A stretch of DNA of 64,000 bases from assembly GCA_964106915.2 (NCBI GenBank), contig OZ066918.1; one strand, 5' to 3'. Numbering within the stretch: position 1 is the stretch's first letter; every line of letters begins with the position of its first letter. Both the position numbers and the translations under genes were made by a program. Under the pieces are notes generated by a model, which was not told where the DNA came from, ran no database searches, and worked only from the letters and a program-made list of their open reading frames with translations. This document shows, piece by piece, positions 51,994-64,000 of the stretch. The DNA comes from Podarcis gaigeae. Lineage: Eukaryota.

Positions 51994-54665
51994 AGGACTA
52001 CCATGACTACAATCCTTAGTGAGATGTTGTATAGTGCCTCTGAAATGAATATTTCTGGTACATGTTTTTAAAACACATGCAACAAAATATAGTTTCTTAA
52101 AATAGGGATGCTGGAAATCAAGCATGCCAGGTGTCAGAGAGAACCAAATACATTTTACTGCCTGAAAGTACATTTTTGCAGAGCTGGGAATGAGGCCCAG
52201 GTGAGTAATAAGGTTCCTTCTATGCTCTTCCCACATCTTTCTTTTTGTGCAGTTGTTTGGAAGGGGTTGGCCACTGATGCCCACAAAGCTTTAAAGCTCT
52301 CTCCATCCCATGGCACCTTGACCACAAGGTGGTGAGAATAGTCATTTTTTCTTCCCTGGAAAAGTATATAGGGCCAGAGGAGGAAGTTGGAAGAGTGATT
52401 TTTTTCTCTCTCGTTTTCTCATTCATCTCTGTGCTTTTCAAGGCCCAGATTAATTCTGCTGGATCCAGCTTTTACCAAATCCCTGGGAAAAATAAGTGTG
52501 TATACATGGAATTTCTCTTTTCTGTTTCTTTGGTGGTGAAGGAAATTGCTCAAAGAACCAAATGTGCTCATTTGCCTGAAAAGGTTGACAATACCTGGCA
52601 TAAGCGTTTCACTAGTGGTAGCCTCCATCAGCACAAGGATGTCACTATTTTTCTCTTCAGCATAGCGCTGTGTTTTGCTGGAACAGAGGAACTGAGGCAC
52701 GATCCTATACTATTTAGAAATAAGTATAATTTGAGCATAGCCGAAGTCTAATATTGTGTGGGATTTTTGTTGTTTGGATAAGATGGTATATAATATGTTT
52801 AGTTTTTATTTATTTATTGCTCTTTGCCAGCTTGCAGTGTCTTGTGTTTTAATTGGTCATCTTTTTAATGTAGTTTATTACATGTTATCTACTTGGGTTC
52901 TTTGAAATGAAATGGGCAAGAAAACTAAATACCTTCTTAAATCAAATTCCAGAAAATAATCATGTTTCAAATGTGGCTTTCTCTCCCATTCTTACTGGGG
53001 ATAATAAAAGAACTGGGTATTATATACTCCATGCCCCTTGAGCTGTTTTACTTTTCTGTTTAAAAGATCCTGTCTTACAAGAAGCCCTTAAAATGGTAGG
53101 AGACCACTACTCCTTACTGGAAGGCAGAAAGAACTCTGGAGTGATATGGACATGCTTGGGCAGCAGACTTTTTAACCAATCGTGTATACTAGCTGTAAGC
53201 TAAAACATGACACAAATCAATTCACTGAGAAATGGAGTTATTTATAAACCTCTGAAATAACAAATTTCATGAACATGTGTAGAGAGAGAGAGAGCATCCA
53301 GATTTTTCTGATTTATTTTTTTTACATTTGTTACTTGTCAGTGATTAATCTCTGTATTGTTTTTTTTTACTTTTTATCAATGATATATTTGTATTATTTA
53401 CATTTCTTGATATTTTAATAATAAACTATATAATTTTTGATAGGAGAATGTGTTATAAGTATAGAAATATGACACACAATGTTGGTTGAGAATTATAGAA
53501 AGAAGTAAACTAACCTTCCCTATTGCTAGACATGTTGTAACTGAAGGGGTTCTTGAAAGCATATTTAGAAACCTTCTGGAAATATTCGTAGCCATTCACA
53601 TTTCTAATGAAGCAATCGTACAGTGGCTTAATAATAATCAGATATTGGAAAATCTTTCCATATTTGGATTGTACATAGAGGCTATGTTGTGAATCTTGTG
53701 CAGCATACTGAGTTGGAAAATACCTTTTGAATAGCATTTGTTTCTGCCATTGTGATGCTGCATTTTAGCTCTCTGATATTGACATGTTGAACATATAAGT
53801 GATTTGGTGGTGTTGGGCTAGGCATTACAATTGTCAGAAAAGTATAGTAGTATTTCTCAATGCTAATAAATTATCATGAAAATTAACCATTATAGTCTTG
53901 TCTGCTCTCCATACTACTACTATGACACTCTTTCTTCTTTTGGACAAAGCCATTCTGATCAAACCAGTGATGTATCTTCCTAATGAGTTTGAGGCCACCC
54001 GCAGGACTACCCAGCTGTGTAAATTGTGTGGCAATTGGTCTTTGAGGGTAGCTTGCTAAAGAACCTGCATCTAAATCAGGGATAATCCCTCCTATATTAC
54101 ATTTTTTTACTTAGAGATGATCATTTGTGTATTTGGCAGTAAAATGCTTTCTTTGCTCAATTGCACATTTTTATCAAGACAGCTGCAGTGCATATGGTTT
54201 TGTTAGCTATTTATATGATGTATTCTTATAGTGTGAAAATATTCCTGCCACATTTGTTCTAAAAGTGTCCAGTTTTTTAAGAGTTTGTATTACAAAAAGA
54301 AGAAGAAGAGTGAAAGTAGGTAATGTAAAGCCTTTATTTGATCCGACTCTAACTCTTGTTGGTGTGGAATAACATTTTAAGTTTTGTAAATAGGGATGCA
54401 AAAATACTTGGCACCTTGTTATCATCCCAGCCCTATCCTTGGGAAGAGTGAAGTGCTTGGGTAGCAGTTGCAGGGATGTATGTGGGTAGCAGTGTTGGCA
54501 CCCCCTTGGCCATTTCATCATTGGTTATGAAATAGATTCAGCTGCCAGCCATCTTTTCTCCATGGAACAATAATAAGTTAAATGACCATACAATAATTAA
54601 TGCAACAATTATTTGAACATTATGGCAGTAGAGTCATTGGATATGCAATCCGTCACTCTCATATA

Positions 54666-54891
54666 CAGTGGTACCTCTACTTACGAATGCGATCTGTTTA
54701 GTCCGTAAGTAGAGCACTGCTACTGTGCATGCGTGACGCATGATAGAGCACTTCTGCGCATGCGTGAAGCGCACAGATCGCTTGTGTGTGTGTGTGCACG
54801 CGGTGAACCTGGAAGTAAACACTTCCGGGTTTGCCGCTTTCGTAACCTGAAAAGCTGCAACGTGAAGCAAACGTAACACAAGCTATGACTG
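54666..54891. mobile_element. Tc1/mariner-class MITE, related subfamily
   Basis: TA|CAGTGGTACCTCTACTTACG ... CGTAACACAAGCTATGACTG|TA; CpG-rich interior. Confidence 0.75.
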
Positions 54892-57629
54892 TATAGTTGC
54901 AGGGATGGAATGCATGCAACAGCTCTGCTAATATAAATATATTTCAATTGCTGTTAGAGTGATGTGAGCTTTCCTATTCTGTAGTGTTTCCCCATGTTGG
55001 ATTTTTGATAACATGTCAGCATTTCACCATGAATGAGAAATACTGTTGATTTGTTGTGCAAAAGCAGCATGTTCATGACAAAGTTGAAAGAGCATTCTCT
55101 GGAGTACCCCTTTTCTCTGCCTCTCCTTGACCCTTTCTATCTGATAGACAAAACAGATGAAAACAAACCATGGGTTGGAACTTTGTTTTTTAATTATCTT
55201 TTCTCCATAGTCATCCGCAAAAAGACTGTGTCCTGGAGGGCTTTATGCACTGCATCAGTCTTGCTATTTAGGAGCTCTGGAAGTATTTTTAGCAAATATT
55301 AGTAGTGGAGCCAAAGGGGTATTTTGAAATGGACTATAATTCACCAAGCAGTCAGCTGAAACTAATAACCCAGCATCAGGGATAGTGTAGCATTAACAAT
55401 CTAAGGGTGTGGGGGCATCGTAACTCACAATTGTTAATGCATTGCAGAAAGGTTATAATTTGCTCTAACTAAAATTTGACTTTATATTGTAGGTATGACA
55501 AATATTTTGGCATTGCAAATAATTGAAATTTTAATAAAAGTATAAGCGTAGTTTCTAATTGTTATTTGTAAGGAGTTCTTTATTTAACAAGCAACTAGTA
55601 AAGAATGACTAAAATGAGATCAAAATATAGTCCACATACACACACATCCCAGATAGACACAAATCTCCATGTGCCTATTAATAACAAAAAATACAGGTTT
55701 TTTAAAACCTCCAAAATGCTAAAAAAATTAAACCCCCCAAAATGTTAAAATTAGACATGCAGTTCTTGACTACCCTGAGCGGACAGTTAGAATCATTATA
55801 AATGCCTCAAGAGGCCTCAGTGTTAAAATTGAGCACTTCACTGAAAACACACAAGCCTTCCCCCAGAAGTTTCGTCACTTCTTGCCTTGCAGAAAACTGC
55901 ATTCTTGAGTGGGAGATTTTCTGCAGCTCACTGCTGCCACTGTGCAAAACTAATTCTCCACCTGTATTCCTCTGATTTTTCTCTATGGAAGGAAAACAGC
56001 AAGAAAAAAATGGCCTCTGCCCAGTTCTAGAACAAAAGCTCTTAGCAAAGATGTGACACACTGGTTATTGGCAAACACTTTTTAACAGCTCTCATCCTTC
56101 AGCCTCCATTTGTCCAAATGTCATCAGGTTTTCTTTGTTCTTTAAGAAAAATGCAACTATCACTGTGGTTTGGTTCCCTACCAGGAAGCAGAAATATCTT
56201 TTCTATCCCATTGGAGCTATAGTATATTGTGCCTGTGTGAGCAGACTGTTGTCTTTTTTGTGTGGAAGGGTTGCACAAATTGACTACCACGTGTACATCT
56301 GTATCATATATTAGAGGTGCTGGAAGCACATGAGTGTTTATGCTTTATCACCATTCCCAGGGAGGAGAATGCCTGCTTACCCTGTGACAGGAGTCACCAA
56401 CATGGCATGTGTAGTCACTAAATGTTTCTGCAGAGACCTTCCTCAGTGCCACAATCCCCCATCCTGCCCTTTCCCCTGTTGAAATTAGACTTGGAAGAAG
56501 CATTCAGTTGAAGTCAATAAAATAGGTGTCCGTGTGTTATTGGTTGCAGGGTGTGTGTGGTGTCTTGAGAAAGTTTCTTCAATTTGTAGATGTAGCTACA
56601 GGCTGTAAAAGTTGAGCAAGTACTACTCAATATTTAGCTCCCCCTGCTAGAGAGGTACAAAGATTTTCTAGCCCTTCCTTTTGGTATCTGCCATGATGGA
56701 TGAGTCCTATCTGTCCCCACAAGTTTTTGTCTGCCCTGCTCCTCTCTTAGCACTTCTTAAACCATCACAAAGACTCAATTTTCTCTTGTTACAACAGCAA
56801 ACTGAGCTGAGGGTGGGTTAGCATCTAACCCCTAGCCCTTTGGCTCTAGGCTCTTAACAGAGAACAAACCCCAATGTTCCATATAATACAGCAGCCTTCA
56901 CTAGCTAGTTCACTCATTAACCCTGCTCTCCCCTGTGTTGGCTGTCTCTTCTTGAGGATCTGTGTTCTAGAGACGGGCATATAATGTTTTAATAACATCT
57001 ACATTTAATAATATAATGAGATAAATTGATTAAGCTTTAATTGGACAATTAAGCTTTTTAATGTCTTTGACAAGTGTTCCATAGCAGCCTGATGAGCAGA
57101 GCTACCAGTTGACAGCAAATACATTTATTTTGTTTTTTTAGATCAGGAGGGCTCAGTTGTTAACAGATGGTATATGGTTAACAGATGCTATGCGGCAATA
57201 TGAATTATGTTCCATGTAGATTAAAAAAATCCCTGAATTCCAAGAGCGTTTAATTCATAAAGCTTCATAGTAAGAGGTCAAGTTGGGTGACTGTAATGGT
57301 CCTCCTTTGACCATTAAGCTTTTCAACTGTAATCTGAAAATGATTAGGTAATGCAGCCCAAAAGTATAGTTGAGAGTGTAGCGTTTTTGTTTTTCTCCTT
57401 TGTATGAGGATCAAAACAAGCTAAATTTTTCAGAGCTGGATAAGAACATTACTGGGAGATTTGACAGCAAATTCAGCAGCACGTTTCTTCTTTTACAGAC
57501 TCATCATAAGCAGTCAAGAGAATGATCAGCATTATTTGTAGCTAAAACATAATAGTCTCTTTTAATGAAATGGGGCAGAACCAGACACCTCCGCCATCTA
57601 TATTGGAAACCTCCACCCCATCTCTTTTA

Positions 57630-57780
57630 TTGTATTTATTCGAATGTAATGCACACCTTTTTTTGGACAAATTACTTCATGAAAATTAGGGTGTGCATTA
57701 GATTTGATGTCGCCAGCAAATACTTTTTTGGTTTCAAGGTTTTGAAAATTGAGGTGCACATTAGATCCACATAAATACAA
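57630..57780. mobile_element. Small decayed TA-targeting MITE (Tc2/Tigger-like)
   Basis: TA|TTGTATTTA ... TAAATACAA|TA with inverted subterminal TAATGCACAC / GTGCACATTA-like motifs. Confidence 0.55.
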
Positions 57781-57989
57781 TATTTCTATCATTGGTTTGA
57801 AGACATTTTAAGCTAGTCCCAATATTTCCTATGGCAAGTGAGCTCAAAGTGGAAGGGGACCTTCCACTCATTTCCAGGTTGTACAAGGGCCCACTCCATG
57901 CCACAGTTTGTTCTTAGATGTAGACGAGAGGCACCAGTGCAGTACTTCCAGAAGTCATGGCTGTGATAGAATCGCAACATGGTAAATAG

Positions 57990-58652
57990 TGTTACAGGCG
58001 ACCCCAGTCTCTGCTGATTGGTAGCAAGATTCCAGAGATCTTGTTTGGCACTTAACCATGGTTTGTGTTCTGTGGAAATAAGACACAGCAGAGATTGTTG
58101 TGTCTCTATGAAATGTGGTTTATTTTACACATATTTACAACCTGAGTTTTGATGGAGGGAGTGCAGAACATTTACACCCTGAGTGTGTCTTTCTTTGCTC
58201 TTCCCATAGCTTCAGCAAACTTGGGTCTAAAGCAGCAGCCAGTCATGTCCCCCTCCCAGTCACTGAGTGCAGCCTCTCAGCCAGCATGCATTGAATACTG
58301 GTGCCTCCTTTCTCCTTCCCAAAAACTCTTGCCCCAAAACCTCAGTTTAAATGGACATATTTTTTTCTGTGGTGACATCACACCCCCGTTACCCTGGCAA
58401 CCTCTCCCTTCATGTTGCTATCGTCCTCTACCTGGCTGATGGCTCCCATTACCAAACAAACCATTATTAGCCTTTTGTGTCTTCAGCGACTGCCCCCCCC
58501 CCCGCCACCACATAGAGTCATCACCAGGCTGGCCTCATGATGAAGCTAGTTGGTGTCTTTTCCAACCCTTGCTAAATTCATGAATTTATGAGTTTGCTCA
58601 AGTTCTTGACTGAATGTAGCGATTATGGGGGTTTGCCCCCCCAATCATAGCA
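57990..58652 (-). mobile_element. Solo LTR, 663 bp (ERV1- or Gypsy-like)
   Basis: TG...CA termini (TGTTA / TAGCA); 4-bp TSD ATAG at 57986-57989 and 58653-58656; minus-strand AATAAA at 58119-58124; TTTAAA TATA-like motif at 58346-58351. Confidence 0.7.
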
Positions 58653-59149
58653 ATAGCTTACCAATGCCTGAGTGATTGTCTTTTCATCAGCTGGTTTGTG
58701 AATGGTCACTGTAGTGATTTTACTTACATTATTAAACACTGGATTGTATCCCATGTAGCACTAAGTGCATGCTCCATCAGTGCACGGATTTCTGTTTACA
58801 CACCAGAGCACCCTCCACACCTGCACACTCCTTAAATCTGTTCTGGGGTTACCACAACCCTCTGGAGCAATTTCACTCTGGAGGATGTGGGGTCTGCACA
58901 GAAGGGAGTAGAGGGGAGAAGGTTCCATTGAGCAAGTGAAAATCCCTGTGTCGATGGGACGTGTTAGTTGAATATTGCCTGTGAAGTAGTTTTCTTTTGT
59001 AAAATGTCCTGTGTTCCTCTGATGAAGGGCAGTATAGAAATTAAATAATGTACTTCCCTTTGACCTCACCTAACAATGTGTATATACGTGCCAGCTATAT
59101 ATATACTTCCTCTCTTTTTCCACCTAATTATGTGCGTATACCTAACAAC

Positions 59150-59206
59150 TTAAAGCTTCATGCACCTGATGAACTGGAGTCTAGTCTATGAAAACCTATG
59201 CTATAA

Positions 59207-59257
<51 letters not shown>

Positions 59258-59315
59258 GTTGCAGCAAGAGCAAAGAAGAATCTTGCAGTAGGTGAGCATA
59301 GCTACCCACCTGGCA
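59150..59315 (+). mobile_element. Penelope-like retroelement terminal remnant with a decayed hammerhead motif
   Basis: TGCAC-CTGATGA-...-GAAA-ACCTATGC followed by TATAAT, then GCTACCCACCTGG; resembles reptile Penelope ends as I recall them. Confidence 0.6.
59210..59255. repeat. (TAT)n microsatellite
   Basis: About 15 units seen directly. Confidence 0.95.
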
Positions 59316-61002
59316 TTCTGAAGAGACTGAAAAGCTTTCCTTTCAAGAAAGGCAAATAATACTTTGTGATGCCAAAAGAAAATCTGTCCAACTCAACTGC
59401 TGTTGGGTTTGATTAGTGACAAGTGGAAACAGCTGGGCAAGTGTCCAGCTGGATGTGGCTGATAAAAGAAATATGTCTGGAAAATCAGGAGTGATCACTT
59501 GAACATTGTCATATAATTGCCTTTTCCACACATGCTTCTGGTGATAATGGATATGTATACAGTACTCAGATGCTGGTGTCAATGAAAGCTATGTTAAAGG
59601 CTGAAGCTGCAGAAATACAGATGTAGTCCCCTGGGAACATCATCTGTGCATTTCCTACTGAAAGCAGTGGAACCTATTCTAGATTCCCTGCTTTCCTCTG
59701 GATAAGGGATGGTGACTTCCAATAATTTCAGTAGGGTTTGGATGGACAGTTGCCCAGTACGTACCATACAAGAATCAAACCCAACCACAAAAATTATCCT
59801 GTTTTTACAGCTTGGCAACTGACCTAGTTGTTAATATAATGCCTCATGGACCATGTTTCAAGTGGGAATACAGTGGCTGGAGATGAAGGTTCCTTGACAT
59901 CAGGGAAGAAGCATTTGTGGATTTGTTCAGCCAGCCAGTTAAAAACCACAAGGGATTTGACCGCTAATGCTGATGCAGATTCACACGTGGATCTCTCTGT
60001 GTTAATTATCAAGTCTCTTGGCAGACACAGCTGCTGCTCTGCTTCCACTTCAGTGTAATTAATCATCCGGCCTGAATCAAAGGAAAAAGCAGCTGCTTTT
60101 GCCCTCATTAGCTGGAGAAAAACTGGAAACTTCTGTGTCCAAAAGACTCTTATCCTGCAAGAAGGCAAAAAATATTTGCCTTTATCCATTTCCTCACGGC
60201 ACTGTGGGAATTTTTTTTTTTTACCTTAAGAAATATACAGGACTATACTAAGTTCTGTAAGCAATGCCAACATCTTCATGGGTAACCACTAAGTTACTAG
60301 TTACTAGAAGAATAAAGTGCACTCTGGCCTAGCATGGTTCCTGTTTGAAAATTTGAAAGGAGAAAAATAATTACTTTGTTCTGTGCAGACTGTTGGGTTT
60401 TTTTTTTTTGCAGATCTGGGAGAAGGGAACACTGATCACAGAATGTTGCATTAGTTGTCTGTCTTCCTTGATGCAGTGGTCAATTTTCAGTCGTGGTAAC
60501 CATGGGGATGAGCAGTGTCTAGATGTTTCCAGTTAGGGGTACTTTTTACAGGACCACTGACTCCTCTCTGGGAGGGGAGTCACTTTTGGTTTCAGGCGAG
60601 GGCATTCCTATTCACATACTGTACCTCATAAAGATTATGTTAATCAAGAATTGTTCAAAATGTTGATGCATATGGAGGTACCAATGATTTGAAAGATCCC
60701 GAAGTTGATTTAGCTGGAAAAGGTAAATGCAAGTTTCCTTTTAAATGCTTCTCTCCTTTAAGTATTTTCTAAATAGCCATCTTAGAAACTAACAGTTTCT
60801 ACAGTGTCTAAGTATAATGGGGTCTAGTTGTCACTTGGAGCTTAATTTGGCCCAAATCAATCTTGGTATTACATGCTGTTATTTCCTCCCTAAGTTTCCG
60901 CTTTGAAATGTGTTTCTGCCTCTGTGCATTTACCCTCTATGATATGGGCATATGTCAGTTGTCATTGTTGCTCCTGAGGACACCGGAGAGATGGAAGGGC
61001 AC

Positions 61003-62242
61003 CAGTGGCGTAGCGTGGGGGGTGCAAGGGGTGCCGGCCGCACCGGGCGCAACATCTGGGGGGGCGCACTCGCCGCCTCCGGAGTTGCCGAAGAGCCTCG
61101 GGCGCAGAGTTTAACTCTGAGCTGCCTGTGATGTGGAGGGCACGACTGTTCCGCGGGGGGCGTGGTGTGGATCTGTACCGTTTGCCGCTTTGATCTGGCG
61201 CCTTTTGCGGAGAGCACAAGACGGGCACGTCGCTTTGCGGGAGCCGGGAAGAGGAACCTGGTTCAGTCCCGCGGGGCTCGCTTCTCTTGCGAGCCCCCCC
61301 CAGCCGCCTCCCGCTGCCCACGCTGCGCTTCTCCGCCTCCGCCCCTTCTCCTCTCTGTCAGCAGCTGTCTGTGTCTGATTTGAGAGGAGAACGGAGGCGA
61401 GGCGAGGCGGCTGCAGCCAGCGACCCCCCTCCGCCTCCCACCCCGGGGCTACCAGAAGCCCTCCTCGGCTTCAGCTGGGGACAGAGAGCGCGCCTGCTCT
61501 TCCCTGCGGGCCGCTGCCCCATTGGAAGGGCGGCGGAGGAGCTGCAAGCCGGGGTGCGCGCCATGAGCCTCAGCCTTGGGGTTCAGGGGCCAGTGGTGGA
61601 AGCAGGGCCAGTGGTGGAAGTGCGGCGCTTTCCCCGGGTTGCTGGGCGCGGGGAGCCCTCGGGGCGCAGGAAGAGGCAGCGCTCCTGGCTGCAGGTCCGA
61701 GGCCCGGCTGCTGCCCGCCTCTCGCGGCAGGAGGGAGTTGCGCTGCCGCCGCCGCCCGCAAAGAGCCAGCCACTCGCTGCCTGCGAGGCTCCTCTCTGGC
61801 CTGCCTGCCAGCTGGGCTCATCCTCCTGGGGGAGCGCAGCAAAGGGGCGCCCTTCTCAGTCTCCCCAGCAAAGGGGCACAAGCAAAGGGCACGTCCCGGC
61901 GCCGTGGTCGTGCCCTTTGCTCCGCTGCAAGCCACGCTGCCGCTCGCCTTCGCCTTTCACAACAGCCCCGCAGGGTAACCCAGGCTGCGAGGTCAACCCA
62001 GCGAGAACTCTCCGAGGCTTCTCTCGGGCCCCAGACCAGCCCTCCAGTGCCGCCACGGCCGGTCTCTTGAGTCCGTTGCCAGGCCACGGAGGGCCAGCAG
62101 CCAAGCCTGACAAGCGCAGAATATAGAGGCTTGGGGGGGGGGGCGCCACGGCGTGGGGCGCAAATTACTTCCCTTGCCCCGGGTTAGGGGGCGCAAATTA
62201 CTTCCCTTGCCCCGGGTGCTGACAACCCACGCTACGCCGCTG
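61003..62242. mobile_element. Non-autonomous hAT element, 1240 bp, with CpG-island-like cargo
   Basis: Perfect 8-bp TSD AAGGGCAC (60995-61002 and 62243-62250); 17-bp TIRs CAGTGGCGTAGCGTGGG / CCCACGCTACGCCGCTG (1 mismatch); no transposase. Confidence 0.93.
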
Positions 62243-64000
62243 AAGGGCACTGACCCATCTCTAGTTGGGAATGCCCCCTCTAGCTAATGACCTTATGAAC
62301 AGTGTCCTATGTTTCAAGGGATAGAGGTTTAAATGACCAGCTTCCATCTCCCTGCTCCCCACCCCCCATTATTAGGAAGTGTTGGACTATAACCCTATTC
62401 AGTTATTTTATTCTGTTTTGAAACAACTTGTGGGAGTGTGTGTTCATGCCTGTGTTGCCCTTCTTTCAGTGTTCCTGTTCTTGGCTGCTCCACACCTAAG
62501 TGTCACATGTTGAATGGGAAGCTCTGAAGAAGAGGCAGTGCTTGGTACTTAAAGCACCCAGAGCACAGTGACAGGGTCTGCCAGGATGCTGATAAGTATG
62601 CACCAGGGGAAGAGGGGCTGGAGTCTGACTCAGGAGAGGGGGTTAGTGTGGTCTGTGGGGACCTGTACTGCTGAAGCCTGGAGGTAAGAAGCACAGGTAG
62701 AGAAGCTGGAGGAAGAGCTGGGGGGAGAAGCAGGCCAGGCAAGTGAAGGGCTGGGTGCTTTCCCACCCTTGTGTGCACAACCAGGAGAGGATTGAAGCAG
62801 GAAGAGCAGGAGCAGCTTCCACATAGGCATAGTCTCTGGCTACAGTGTTCACAGCATGCTGGAAGAAGGTACATAAACTGGTGGAGGGGGAGTGGTCTCC
62901 AGTTGCTGCAACTGCTCCATTGACTGAGGACTTGGGAATAGCTGCCTAGACGCTACATTGCTGTGCTTAGGTCTCCAGAGCAGTAGAAGCAACTACGTTA
63001 TCTTTGACAGTAACGAGTTAACTTTGTGCCATGTGCATTCATTGGCTGGGAAGCACCTGTGACACACAGGCCCTTAACACAAATGTGTAAATCTGAATTT
63101 ATATGTGTAAATGTCTCTGGGAAATTAAGATAGTAGCCTCCAAATAAGCAAAGTAAAATAAAAATAAAAAGATGGGAGGTGCAGGAGACCTGGGGCTTGG
63201 GCTCCACTGAACAACTCCTGAAGGTGGATACTAAGAGCATGTGGTTGAATTCACTTAGCAACTTCCCTGTAATTGGGAGCCTTGTGGTGGTAGGGTTCCC
63301 TATCATGAGGATGCTCCTGAGGCCCCCCCCCCGCTCCCTGCAACCTGCATTATACATTAAAGCTATATTGTACCATTTTGAACAGTTGTGGTTCCCCATC
63401 CCCTTGAGTGCTGGCTGCTAAGGGTGCTGATTGTTATTAGGAAATCCTTATTCCCCTTACAGAGCTGCAGTTTTCAGAGTGGTTTAACAGCCAGTCTCTC
63501 TTTCCTTGGAATTCTGGGAATGGTTTCCCTGCGACGGGACAAGGTGTATATATGTGTGTGTGTGGGGGGGAGATATGTGCAAAGGGGGTGGGCCTTCATT
63601 AGCTTCAGAGTCTGTTAAATTTAAAATGTGGCAGTGGGTCTGCCTTCTGGTTCCAGAAGGTGGCAATGTGGCTCATGCTGAAAAACTGAGCAAGGAAACA
63701 CCAAGCCTTATTATTTCCCATTTAACATAAACCTGCTAAATACTGTGCCATGACTGTCATATAAAGTAAATCCATTTTTAAACTCCCAGTTCTAAATGTT
63801 TTTTCTAATTCTGTTCAGAGCTGAAATAATGCTTCAGATTTTAAACACTTTAGCTAGATTGTAACTGTACTTTTTAGTAGAAAAGTTAGTTAAAACGGAT
63901 GTATAATTCAAGAGCTACAGGGTTTTGCCACATCATCTTCTGAATGCTAAAATCAAAAGTATTACAGAGGAAAGCTTTTTCAAACTGATAGCTGGTGGCA

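Noticed and set aside
61287-62126. 279-aa ORF as a protein-coding gene or transposase
   Set aside because: Low-complexity P/A/R/G/S translation typical of GC-rich DNA with no hAT motifs. Kept only as possible cargo.

Overview
Vertebrate genomic DNA, most likely from a lacertid lizard (Podarcis-like), judged from two Sauria/POM-type SINEs and squamate-type MITEs. The left 35 kb holds a complete minus-strand FHIP2A (FAM160B1) gene. I traced 17 coding exons, all GT-AG and phase-consistent, totalling 2292 nt (763 aa plus stop), with ATG at 34951, TAA ending at 6417 and a roughly 3.6 kb 3'UTR. About 13 kb upstream and divergent, a second CpG island carries a 13-nt coding first exon (MSTR, phase-1 donor). 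By synteny it is most likely a distal first exon of ABLIM1, and the rest of the window would be its first intron. The non-coding DNA holds Sauria SINEs, a tRNA-Lys/CR1 SINE, Tc1/mariner-class MITEs, hAT elements with 8-bp TSDs, a solo LTR, CR1/L2 fragments and a Penelope remnant with a decayed hammerhead motif. The most unusual object is a young 1.24-kb hAT element (61003-62242) whose interior looks like captured CpG-island or first-exon DNA (Pack-type). Most ORFs in the supplied track are spurious. No database searches were run, so family names come from remembered consensus features.
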